From: Phoronis australis
Taxonomy: Eukaryota > Animalia > Phoronida
NCBI GenBank assembly: GCA_002633005.1
Contig: NMRA01001081.1
Span: 1-58,855 of the forward strand
Direction: 5' to 3'
Length of the DNA: 58,855 nt
In this document: positions 25,574 to 37,200 of the stretch, in pieces
How the letters are laid out: the number at the start of each line of letters is the position of its first letter
How positions within the stretch are numbered: the stretch's first letter is position 1
Program-made: the position numbers and the translations under genes
Notes under the pieces: generated by a model
The model's database searches: none
What the model was told of the DNA's origin: nothing
Seen by the model: only the letters and a program-made list of their open reading frames with translations

Positions 25574-26912
25574 AGGCGAAAGCAACCTTTTTTCATGTCA
25601 CTTTTAGCAAAAATAAGGTTCGTTGATTATCCCAGACACATTTTTCACTTAATTACAGCTTTTCGTAATTTGATTAATTCCTCGTCCTCTACTCCGGAAG
25701 TGACGTTTTGGGAGGCAAGAGCTTCGCGTCAATTTCTTTTCATTATAATCTGACTGAGAGCTGTCGAGTCAGTCATTGTTCTACCTCGGTTGTGATATGT
25801 TCGGTCGTCGTTTGCGTTTGTTTACAAGTCAGTCAACATGCCAAGCTGTTGCTAGCTACGTGCCGGGATGTACCCATTATCGTCTCACGCGCTTTTTGTA
25901 CCTTGCGTCGCTTTCCGAAGGATGACACACTTCGCCGTACTTGGCTAGCTCGTTCATGTGAAGAACGCAGCGCTACCCGTCCACGCAACGTACAAAGCAG
26001 TGGAGAGTTACCGATTGTGTGGCAAGCATTTTCTGCCGTCAGATTATGACAGATATGTACGCTGAATTGATGAAGGTCCCTGCGAAACAACGCCTGAAGA
26101 AGGGTACCATACCGTCGCGGTTGATTCCCGGCAGTGTCCCGTTGCCAACCCCGAGAAGCGTGTTTTTGAAGCGAGAAGCCTCGTGAGCTGTGGCCACTAT
26201 ATACAGTGACTGGAGGCACTTCATCTACTGTCACCCATGCCTCCGAACGTACCCCATTGCGTGCAATTCCAGGAACTAGCAGTCTTTTATTATTCGCCCT
26301 GTGCTGTTGTCTCTAGCCCAGAGCCTGTAAGCAGCCCTGCAGCGATGTTGAGTAGTGTGAGTGAATACAGGCCCAGTTCGACACCCAGTGAAGAGGACAG
26401 TTCGTCATCCAGTGAACAGATATGTGAGCCTAAGTTTGATAAGTTTACTGCGGACTTGTATTGGAGCTAATTGGAAAGTGCCAGGTGTGTGGCGAGGGAG
26501 TCACACGGCGGGATGTAAGCAGTTTGGGTGCTCAGATCACCCTTCAGTGGGAGTGTGTCGCGGGACACTCGGGCAAGTGGGACAGTTCTTCCTCTGTACG
26601 CGAGACGATAATGAGTACACCCCAGTACGCAGCAACAGCGTGGCATGTAGACTAACTCGTAAGCAAAAGCAAACGACGACTGAACTTATCACAACCGAGG
26701 TAGAACAATGACTGACTAGACTGCTCTCACAGTCAGACTATATGAAAAGAAAATTGGCGCGAAATTCTTGCCTCCCAAAACGTCACTTCCGGAGTTGACG
26801 ACGAGTAATTAATTAAATTACGAAAAGCAGTAAATAAGTGCAAAATATGTCTGGGATAATCAACGAACCTTATTTTTGCTAAAAATGACATGAAAAAAGG
26901 TTGCCTTCTCCT
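25574..26912 (+). mobile_element. Kolobok-type non-autonomous DNA transposon, copy 1, with ~290-bp inverted arms and a decayed THAP/transposase N-terminus
   Basis: Ends AGGCGAAAGCAACC...GGTTGCCTTCTCCT with degenerate TTAA flanks. Internal frameshifted THAP: MPSCC..PGCT / FPKDDTLRRTWL / RLCGKHF / RLKKGTIPS. Followed by CQVCG...WECVAGHSGKWDSS. Confidence 0.8.
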
Positions 26913-28181
26913 TTACTTACGAGCAAGGTGTGTATATTTCCAAAAATCATCAAACCGTACGACATTTGGTAGACAGCCGAGTGGATTTGCAGTTCTCCGC
27001 CTTCCAGACATTCGTGCTTATTTTTAAGTATGAATTTATGAAAAGCTTATAATGTTTTCAGTCTTTGACTTATGAACTGATTGAAATACCTCGGTGACTG
27101 GCTCTAGGAACCATACCGTTACTGTTTCCTAGGTGATCTCCAGAAACGAGTAACTGCGGTTCCTAGGTGAGCTTACAAAAAAATCGAATGACCTCGGCCA
27201 GTCGGCGGCTTCCACAAAACATTTTTCTTAATGAGTATATTCGCTTTGAAAGCACATCATCTGATAATTATTACTGCTAACTATGCGTTTTTGATGAAGT
27301 ACTATTACCAGAGTAGTGTTGGACATCATGTCTGAACTCTAAAATTACGTAACGGGCAAAGCGAGACCGCGTTTTGAGACCCGGCAGTTTGTTCTGTCCC
27401 GCACCTTGTTCTTGTTTTCAATGAAATTATTTGAGTTGACCTCTCGACCGAAGGTAAGTAACGGATGATTTGCTTTGATTCAGCGTGACCCGCACTGACG
27501 GTAACAGTCATAAAACTGTTTGGGTCATTGAAGTGGAGTGTGTCGGCTTTCCCGGGGGAGACTCCCTGATAAGTGTAACTCGTCCTTTCCGTCCGTCTAT
27601 TGCAATACACGCACTTTGTAAAATACGCCCAAAGTGATCAAACTGAACGAACAAGATTTGGACATACCAGTTCTCAACTGCATGAAAAGCATATTTGTAA
27701 ATAGTAGGCCTAAACTAACACTTGAATGGTAAAATGTATTCTGTGGGTGTGGTCGTGGCTGTGCGCTGGGCTCACGACTTCTCCTGGGCACGCATCATTT
27801 CAACGACGAGTCTTGATGTACGTGATGTGTTTTTGCAAGTTCTGAAGTGAAGCTAGCACTCCCGAGTTATACATGACTGAAGGCAGCAACTGTGGCAGTG
27901 CCGAGCACATCTCAAGTTACATGTATATTTTGATAAGTTTTACACTGACCTCAAACATATTATTATGTCTTAATTTGAGGTTGCACGTGCAGTCTGGCTA
28001 TAATTATAAAACGTTTATCTGCAATCATAGGAACAGACTGTACTCGGTAGAGTTCGCAAAGACGTTCAGAATAAGAACCCCCTGACAACTGTGAGGTTAC
28101 GCAGAGTTCGGTGTTTTTAGTTTGACCTGTCTGCAACCATTTTTTAGTCGCTTGCTGATTTACCTGGCCGTCCGTCTGATC

Positions 28182-28274
28182 ATGGAGTTGTTGACGTTAG
28201 TACTTGTCGCGGGAACAGGTGCAGGGCTTGCGTTTGGACTCGTGATTTACTTTCTATCGAATTCTTCAAAAAAG
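28182..28274 (+). CDS. SQLE: SQLE-like exon 1: hydrophobic N-terminal anchor (MELLTLVLVAGTGAGLAFGLVIYFLSNSSKK), GC donor
   Basis: atcATGg context, ~22 hydrophobic residues, AAG|gcaagt donor, and an in-phase join to the acceptor at 29525. Confidence 0.65.
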
Positions 28275-31200
28275 GCAAGTAACATTTAACACCATAACTA
28301 AAAAGAATCACGAATAAAGATTGAAGTGGACAAACCATCATGGTTTCATTTAGTTTGTAGGTGCAGTGATTTGTTAATTCAGTACGCTTTGTTTTTGTAT
28401 CAACCTTAAGAAGTCTTTTTATTGTCGTTGTTATGGTTACTAGCTGGCTACCTATAGGGGTAACTAGAAAGTAAAAACACTTGTAAATGATAATGCAATA
28501 TGACGGCAGCCAACCATGACTTTCAATACCATTATTGAAAAATACCCGAAACCACAGTTTGTTTGTCATTGTATTGTCAGTATAAGCGACGTACAAAGAT
28601 AATTTACACCGAACTACAAAATCTTTGGTACAGAGACAAACTCGGTATCAATCGCGTAATTTCGCCATGGGCAGAATGTTGGATCATCAGCCAAAAAGCA
28701 AGTTATATGACTTTTAAACTTGAGAATGATTGACCGTAACGACTGAAGTTCGCACACTGTGGTCAGATAACATTCCCATCCATCCTAAAATAACCGAGGT
28801 GTTCCATATGAATCCATTGCTACTCCGTCGCTGCCACTCGCTGGTGCAAGAATGGAATCATCTGTTATTATAACTGATAAGCATTTCATACATGATACGC
28901 GGTCACCATGAGAACTGGAATCTATGTATAATATACTTTTAGGTGCAGCCATTCACTTGTGGCCATCTCAGTGCACATGTTTGGGCTCCAATGCAACGCC
29001 ACGAAAGGCTTAAACTCACTAGTGTGATTATTGTGGGGGGTATTTGTTTTGGTTGTTTTACCACGTCACGAGCCATTGTGTTTTATGACAGTAAAAAGTG
29101 TCCGTGCATGTTTAAACTTGCTTATTTCAATGAAATTAGACTTCACATTTGAATAATTCTGCAATTCGAACGTGCAATAGAATATTTTACCCTATTTGAT
29201 GCTACGAAAATACCCGAGGTCAGTGCGGATGTTCCTGATGCCATGTAGGATAAAGTATAAATTCTTGATAATTGTCTGATCAAACTCAAATAACACCTCG
29301 AGACTACAGTGAAGCCGACTTGGATGCTCGGCTGAACAATGACAACTTTCGCGGTATGTTCCGGCCATGCACGGCGAAAACTGCATAGGCATGTTGCTAC
29401 GTCATATACTAAAATTAAAATCCATTCTTTTATTCAAATTCAAACCGAAGGAGCGCCAGTCTTATCAGTATCCAAGTATTCACGTACGTTTGGTGTAAGA
29501 ATTGTGGGTTGTGGCTTACTTTTAGATAAAGGCGCCCCAGCCCACAAGAAATGCCAGCATGGATGATGCGGACATTGTGATCGTGGGCGCTGGCATTTTG
29601 GGTACGACGCTTGCTATAAGCATGGCACGCAATGGCCGTCAAGTTGCGGTGATTGAGAGAAACATGGGCGAGGTTCAAACCATAGCTGGAGAAGTCTTGA
29701 TGCCAGGAGGGAGAAAGGCACTTCATAAACTTGGCCTCGCAGGTATAGGGGTCGAGCTCAATAATTGTATCGCCGGCGCCGGTCGAGAAAAATCTAACCT
29801 ACGAAAATCACGTGCTCCTGTTGAAAATACATGGCGATATCTAGCGACATCTTGCTTTTCCAGCGACATCTTAGTGATATTAACTCGGCCCTGGTCGTTC
29901 ATTTTTGACCTTACTCCACGTTCTCGAAAAAATTTTCACATAGTAACGAAGAGAAGATCTTGTGATGACTCGAATCTTTACCGATACTGCGCGCTGTGAG
30001 CGTATTTTGTGTCGACACCTAACGCTTCGTGTAGCTACATTTAGCAAAACTATGTTGTCTGTTGATTATTGTCCCTCATCATCAATAAAAACTAAACACT
30101 AGGTTTTACTTGAAAATCAATTTCAGGTGTGATTGCCGAGATTGAGGGAGCCGTGGCACATACAAATCTTTATAGCGTGTTGGTTGACGAAAACATAGAG
30201 TGGAAATTTACATTCCCTCAGCCTGTAATTGGATTTCATCACGAGAAATTCCTTACTGCATTGCGTGAAAGAGCAAAGCAAGAGAAAAAGTAAGTTGTAT
30301 TGAAACGACACCTATAGGCGTTTTTCGTGAATCTTGTCTGAGTGTACTCAACGACAACTAGACAAGCACCCCTTAATATCGTTTCGTGAATTTCGTGAGA
30401 CCAAAAGATGTCATTGACAACGGTTGAAAGTTTTTAACCGCAGGGTAGGTATACCTTTTGTTCTAAATGACGTCACGAAAACATGGGACTGTCACCAATG
30501 TAAACTGGGCAGAGTTCAGAAACCATGAGACCTCGCTAAAAAGCAAAACTTCGCGAGATTACGTGAGATATTGCCGTGTATTTTAAACGAGAACACGTGA
30601 TTTTGTCTAGATTTTAGCGAGGTCCTAGCGTAGTTCCTGGCGTAACTGAATTCTACCCTGTATTTGAAACAAATTTCGTTGGTATTTTCTTTTCTTTTCT
30701 TTTAGGCTACACTGTCTAACATTGCTACTCAAATAGTGTACCCTAGCTGTTACTCATGATCGTGAATACATGATTATGAAGTGCATTGATACGAGATAAA
30801 ATGTAACAATTTCGTAAAATGTAAGACCATTGTTACATTTTACGTCATTGTTACATTTTACGTTGTTAAACCTCTCCTAAAATGTAACAAGTTGTTACAT
30901 TTTACGTCGAATGCACACGCGAGAAATGTACCATTGTTATTGACCAAAATTATGAACAAGTAGTATCTGACACGGCCGGGGGCTACTCAAGTATTTTTGG
31001 AGCAGCGGTGCCGCCCGAAAAATTTGGATACCTACCTGTTTAGAGTCGGCTCGGACAGATAGTGACCCACTTAGAGACTAATTTGGTGTAAAAATTCACA
31101 TTTCAGCAGTTCTGTTTCAGAAATTCAGAAAAGGCACTCTTTTAGATAGTATTTTGTCGAAGATTATACCATTTTGGAGAGTATTTTTGCTGTGAAAAAA

Positions 31201-34200
31201 CAGCCACGGGGCGGCGCTTTTCCATAGGAATGTCCTCCTGGCTTACACAGCATGAATCTGGCTACCCATTATCATTTTTATTACTATTGTTATTACATTG
31301 CTATTACTACCATAACTGCCATTACTACCATAACTGCTATTACTACTGTTACTACTTTCACTAACAATTATTCGTTATCGGTATCGTTATCATCATTATT
31401 ATTTTTAATTTATTTAAAGAGGACATACACAATACATGTTTTATAAAAGAGCTAATACATCATGGTCATCAAAGATTTTAAAAGCATCTCTTTTATGGTT
31501 CAATGTTTTCACCGGGCTTCCCATAATGGACAGAGAGTGTTATTTCAAAAGGATTTTAAAGGGGTTCCCATGTTCAGCCTTAACGATATTGAGAGAAACC
31601 TCTTGACAGCGGTGGGTGCAGAGTAAGTCTGCTTTTTGGAAACGAGGAGATTGCATGGGCGGCGCAGCACTGAAATAAGTTGGGGCTAATTTCCGATGCT
31701 CTAAGCCTACGCCATTGGGATGGTCCAGTTACCGGGGGGTACTCCAATAGAAGAGGTACAGGGTACGTTCGGCCAAGGGGTGCCATTTTCGAAAAAAAAA
31801 ACTTTAAAAAGGTGCGTTTTTTGAATTTTTAAAACAAAAATGTGCAAAAATGGGTAGGTATCTTAATTTTCAGAGCGGCACTTCAGTCCAAAGTGTTCGA
31901 TTCCCCCAACCCCCGGTCCAGTTTTTGGTGTATTCATTATTTACTGCAATAAATTAAGACAGCAACAAAAAGGAGATGGACGATGTTTAACATGTGTTCA
32001 TATCTGACATGACTGAGTAGACGACAGAGCAAAAAATTGTCAACGTTGTTTTGTCTGTTGTCGCTTACGCTTGCATTTGAACGTTTTAGAAACTGAATGG
32101 CCAGGTTACGCGGCTCCGTAACAAACAAGGAGACAAACGTTATGTTGGTGTGTCTTAATTGACAGAGCTAAAATTTTCCAAAGTTGTTTCGCCTATTGTT
32201 GTTTACGCCTACAAACGTGTTACAAATGTCTAGTAGGTTTATTTTATCCAACCGTTCTCTGTGACTGTTCAGAATGCTCAAGCTCATGAACCTTTCCTGT
32301 CCCATAGTTGATCGTAACCACGTTTTTACTCTCCTTGCTGTAGAAAACGTTCTCTCAACCGACGTACTGGTAGCAGGGTTCACTAAAACAAGTTCGAAAA
32401 AGCGTTACTACATTGTTGATCAACGACTTTACGAAGTCTTCAAGACCCTTCACGATCTCAAGAATATCCCCGAAACACTTACAATTTTGTTCACCTGCAA
32501 ATTCTTTAAGGGTATTCAATTGCGTTACCAAATTGTCACCAACGAAGTCTTGTGAATACGTTTCCATCACCTGCGTTAGCTCAGGCTCAAGGTTTTTCTC
32601 TCGTGACGTAGCCTTAAAGGCGAATGCCACCCGATTTCATAAGTCTTTTTTGCCGTCTTAATCGGTCTATTTCCACATCGCCTCGCATACGGTCGACCTT
32701 ACTTTGCCAAGAGGTGTCACGTTAACATGTGAGGAAGGTGAGAAACGACGCTAGCGACGTCAGTGGTTCATATGCAGAATGAATGCCGCTATGTTGCGGT
32801 GTATCGTTCCCGCTTGTCCGAACTAAGCAGCCGCGAGGAAAGCGAGTGTATCGTTTTTTTACTTCCTCGAGAGTCCAAAATGCTTAGGAAGTGGCTCATG
32901 GTAGTGAAGTGAAATGTACGCTGTAAATAGCAAGTGTGAGGCCGTGAAATATCTCCGTGTCTGTGGCCTGCAGACGACGTCGACAGTGCCTCACGAATGC
33001 CGGCTTACCAAATAACTCCATACGTTCCGTTGTCTGAGCTTGTTCACGGCGCCTCTCTAGTATTTCTTCATTACTGTATTCCTGTTCGTGATAATTGATA
33101 GCCTGTAAAACTTAACGATCCACCTGCGAAGTCGGTATTGATGAGCCGCTCTAGCTCGTCCTAAGTCGGGATTGCGAGTTGCCATGTTGGCGTTTATCAT
33201 ACTGAGCGTTCCGTTTCAAAATGAATTATTCTCACCCTAACCAATACTTACATAAAACTGAAACAAAATCTGTCTCATTAGATGCAATTTGTAATGCCTT
33301 TGGAGTGTTCGTGAGTACACGAAATGATTTGAGAAGCTAGCAATGAATAAATCACTGCGTTACCGGCTTTAGGTGCAATAAAACTAATTGACGGGACACC
33401 GCGAGGCCGTGTGAGCTCGTGCTAATTTAGTGTTTGCTGACAGAAACTGTTGTGAAACAACTCGATTTCCACCCTACGACCAGGTGTTAGGGGAATTTTT
33501 ATTTACATTTACTCAAATAATGATTGTCAATGTACAACTTCTGCCCTGACGGTGCTGTGGCCAAAGCGGAACTGAATTCGCAGCCCCCGACGAGTAAGTA
33601 GATTTGCAGTTTCGTGGCTAATTCACCAACATAATCACGTGCACGTTACTTTGGCTCACCAGTATAGTATTTTCTTGACTGGAAGTTTAGTTTCCACTGA
33701 ACTTTCGCTGGTTTGTTCGTGATGTCTGATCAGTTTCCGAGCCACTCGACTGGCCGGAATAACGAGTCAATCCGGCCGACCGCGACGGGCCGGATCGGGC
33801 TCCGAGCCACTGGCCAGGATAATAAGCGTTTTGTGTTTAGAACTCAGAAAATCACAAGTCTAAACAACACAGATCTAGGTTCTCCTGTCTGTATCTCACG
33901 GAAAATACTTCGAAATTATCTCCGAACACACCCCAAACTCCTGCTACGGACCTTATTGGCCTCCCGAACTTTGTCATAGGCAACGGTGTGTCCAAATACC
34001 AATAAATCCGTAAGAGCGAAATAAAACTACACGTTTTTGTAAGAACTCGGTGTATTTTTAAGGGTTTTACATCGAAGTTTGATGATTTATTGGTGCTAAA
34101 CGATGATTCCAAGCGATAAGCTGACACCAGTAACCCGTGTTGTGAACTGCTGAACAGAATGCTTGTGAAACCGATGACGTAATAGCGGAGTTGCAACGCC

Positions 34201-37200
34201 GCCATATTGGAAATGGGTCAGAATGTTGCATTGTGGTTAAGCCGGTAAACAAGTACGTCGGCAAGCGTGGGGGCGAACCGGCCACAGGGAGGTTATACGT
34301 GTTGTGTGCCTGGCATGCTATAATACCAGTTAGCGAAATAAAAAATTTAGTTACTACCTGTTTCCCAAGGATCAAGAACTGCGTTAAACATGGGTCAGAG
34401 ACATCGGTAGAGCTGGTAGCAAAGGCCGACTTCGTGAATTCTTTCCGACTTCGTAGCATAAAGTGTGCAGCGCTCATTTTGAGGGCGGCAAGAAAACGTA
34501 TCTTAGAAACTGCCCAACAATATCTCCCTTCAAAGAAACAGTAACAAATACTCCACGGCGGTTGGTAGTGAAAAAAAANNNNNNNNNNNNNNNNNNNNNN
34601 NNNNNNNNNNNNNNNNNNNNNNNNNNNNNNNNNNNNNNNNNNNNNNNNNNNNNNNNNNNNNNNNNNNNNNNNNNNNNNNNNNNNNNNNNNNNNNNNNNNN
34701 NNNNNNNNNNNNNNNNNNNNNNNNNNNNTTACAAGGAAAAAATGGCGGCGTTCAGGACAAGTTCCTGAACTGATGAGCCGGAAATGTGGGTACGGAAATA
34801 ACCGATGACAACCGGTAATCATACGCTCAGAGAGAAGGGTCAAATACTGTTAAAAAATCGCTTTTGGCAAGAAAGGCGAAAAGAATATAAAGAAAGGGTG
34901 TCGAAAATAAGAATTTATGTAGTAAGTATTTTCGGATACTAGAACCACATGGGCAGTTTGCAACAAGCACATTAAGGATCAGCGATTCGAGGACCACGTA
35001 CATTTTGAACGCTTCTTGGTCAAATCTTTCTTAGATTTTAGCGATTAAATGATTTAGTATCTCGTAATATATTGGTCTATAATGATCGACTAGGCTTGCT
35101 GAATATTCGAGTTCTGCCGACCCTGTTTCAATACGCGCCGGTGCTCTGCGTTTACGAGGTAACGTGGGATCTCCAATTTGGTTGAAAGACTTGCTCTTGG
35201 AAAGCGTTGTTTTCCAAAATGAGTCGAAAGACTCATCCTTTCTGGTGGACTTCAACGTTTCAACAGTCAGTTTTGCCAGCCGCTGTCCTTGGGTGGCAGA
35301 TAGAGACTTATTTTGAAGAGTTTTGGCTAGATTGTCAATAACGTAGAAAATATATCTGAAACTAAATAAGGCGATCCAGATCCTCCCAAGGATACTATTG
35401 TTTCATGAAATGAAGAATATAAATCGGTTAATAAAACAACAAGAATGGATCAACTGAAATTTGAAATTTTCGGATGTAATAACTTCCTTTGTCAACAAAA
35501 ACAGAAATAAAGTAAAATCAAACAGGCAAAATGACAATTGACACATAAGATATGGTGTCAGGAATATGATACATTTTTGCGTAAAAAAACTGTGATTCTC
35601 GCACGGATTTCTGAGTCTAAATTCTGCAATAAGCACCAGTTCCAGGTGTCAAAGCCAGATAATTGTCCAATACACGCTTGTAGCATTCGGCTTTAAGTGT
35701 CCCATCTCGTCTGACAGAGTTTTAAGAGTCCAGTTGGTGAGAAATTGTCCTCGTCATCGTCGATGTTGTTTTTAATTTCCCAAATATTTGTTCACATTTC
35801 GGAGAATACTGTTCCCATTGTGGTGGACAAAAGTTTGTTTTCTTTACTGAGTCATATCTTTAAAGCCTAAACAGTGAACGAGTGGCAATGACAATAAGTA
35901 AGTACTTCTTTTGGCTGTTCTTGTTGTATAGTCTTGGCGACATCTGTTTTCTTCCCTAACATCGCACTCGCACCGTCGTAACGTTGTCCTCGACATTTGG
36001 TCAGTGATAGTTTTTAAACTTAAAAGTTCTTACAATCTAAATTATTTTTATTGCATGCGATGTTGTTCCAGCAGCAATATCTGGTAGGTATGTAAAACCT
36101 ACAAAATCTTCATGATATTCAGGTTGTTTGTCCACCCAACGGATGCACATGTAGAGCTGTTCTTTGTTACAAATGTCGGTATATTCGTCGCACATTAGCG
36201 AGAAAATTCTATTCCCAATGTCTGCCATCAAATCCCGTATAACCCGTGATGCCATCAAGTAATAATATCATTTTGAACGTCGTGGCAGAGATACTTATCA
36301 CCCTTTCTGCTGTCAATCCATTGCTGCAAATTAGGATCATCTTTCCCGCGTAGTCGTAAACGTTGCATAAAATTCGAATTCTTCCTCGGTTTTCCCTTTT
36401 ACTGCAATACCTTGTCTTGACAAAAATTGCAATGTTTCAACAATTTTAATAAGGCATTCACAAAGTCCGATAAAATGAGACAAAAGTCCACTAAACACAC
36501 TAAACAAGCGCAAGTGCGCAATTCACAGTGGTGCGCCAGTTTTTTCTTTTTTTTAATTCACCGGCTATTTTGTTACCAAAAAGTCCACAACGTTAGGAAT
36601 TCGAGTCCCCCACATTGAAGGCTGGGTGCGCGCATGTAATACTAGAATATCCAATCTCTGTCTTTATTTATATGTGCTTCGAACTAACGAACATGGGCCA
36701 AATAGCAATTTTAATTGATATTTTATCTTAATGATAACAGAGAAAGAAAATGCATGTTTTTGTAGGTGAAAGGTTGACAGTCAGCTTTATTCGGACTATT
36801 GCTCCTTTAAACTATAGACCTAGACCCAGTTTGAGCAAACAGTGCCAAAATGTTTTCTATTTCCACAGCTAGGCCTTCCATTTTTACGTATACACGTCAC
36901 GGTTTGATCTATTGTTATCACCACTGTTTCCGAGGGTTTGAGCTGCTTAAAACATGTTACTATGTCGCCACTTTTCTAAACTGTTGTCTCGCCCTTCTCA
37001 AAGGCAATCTTTTGCTGTTTGTTGTAACCATCCAGGTTATCCAAAATAGGGCTGCCCGGAATATCGAAAACCTTCATAAAGAGACTGGTATAATGAAGAT
37101 TTACACAAGACATCAATTCCTATCTGCTTGTTGTATGTACAAATGTTTTAAAAGTCTTGTCCCATCTTACTTATGTGCTAAGTTTAAGATGACTACTAAT

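Larger units (their letters stand above)
32168..36480 (-). mobile_element. Fragmented hAT (ZMYM1-like/DUF4371) transposase pseudogene, split by the 32618-34971 insertion
   Basis: Collinear minus-strand pieces: FSLMCDEYTDICNKEQL..CIRWVD...HEDFVG; CRGQ.YDGASAM.G; LPRKRRAP; and the hAT dimerisation motif PATSTSVERTFSTARRVKTWLRSTMGQERF. Many stops and frameshifts. Confidence 0.88.

Noticed and set aside
27700-28180. Sterol regulatory element in the SQLE-like promoter
   Set aside because: No convincing ATCACNCCAC-type match seen, and the TSS is unknown.
29743-29999. C-terminal half of ORF 29559-29999
   Set aside because: Intron read-through after the donor at 29743; SQLE similarity resumes at 30127.
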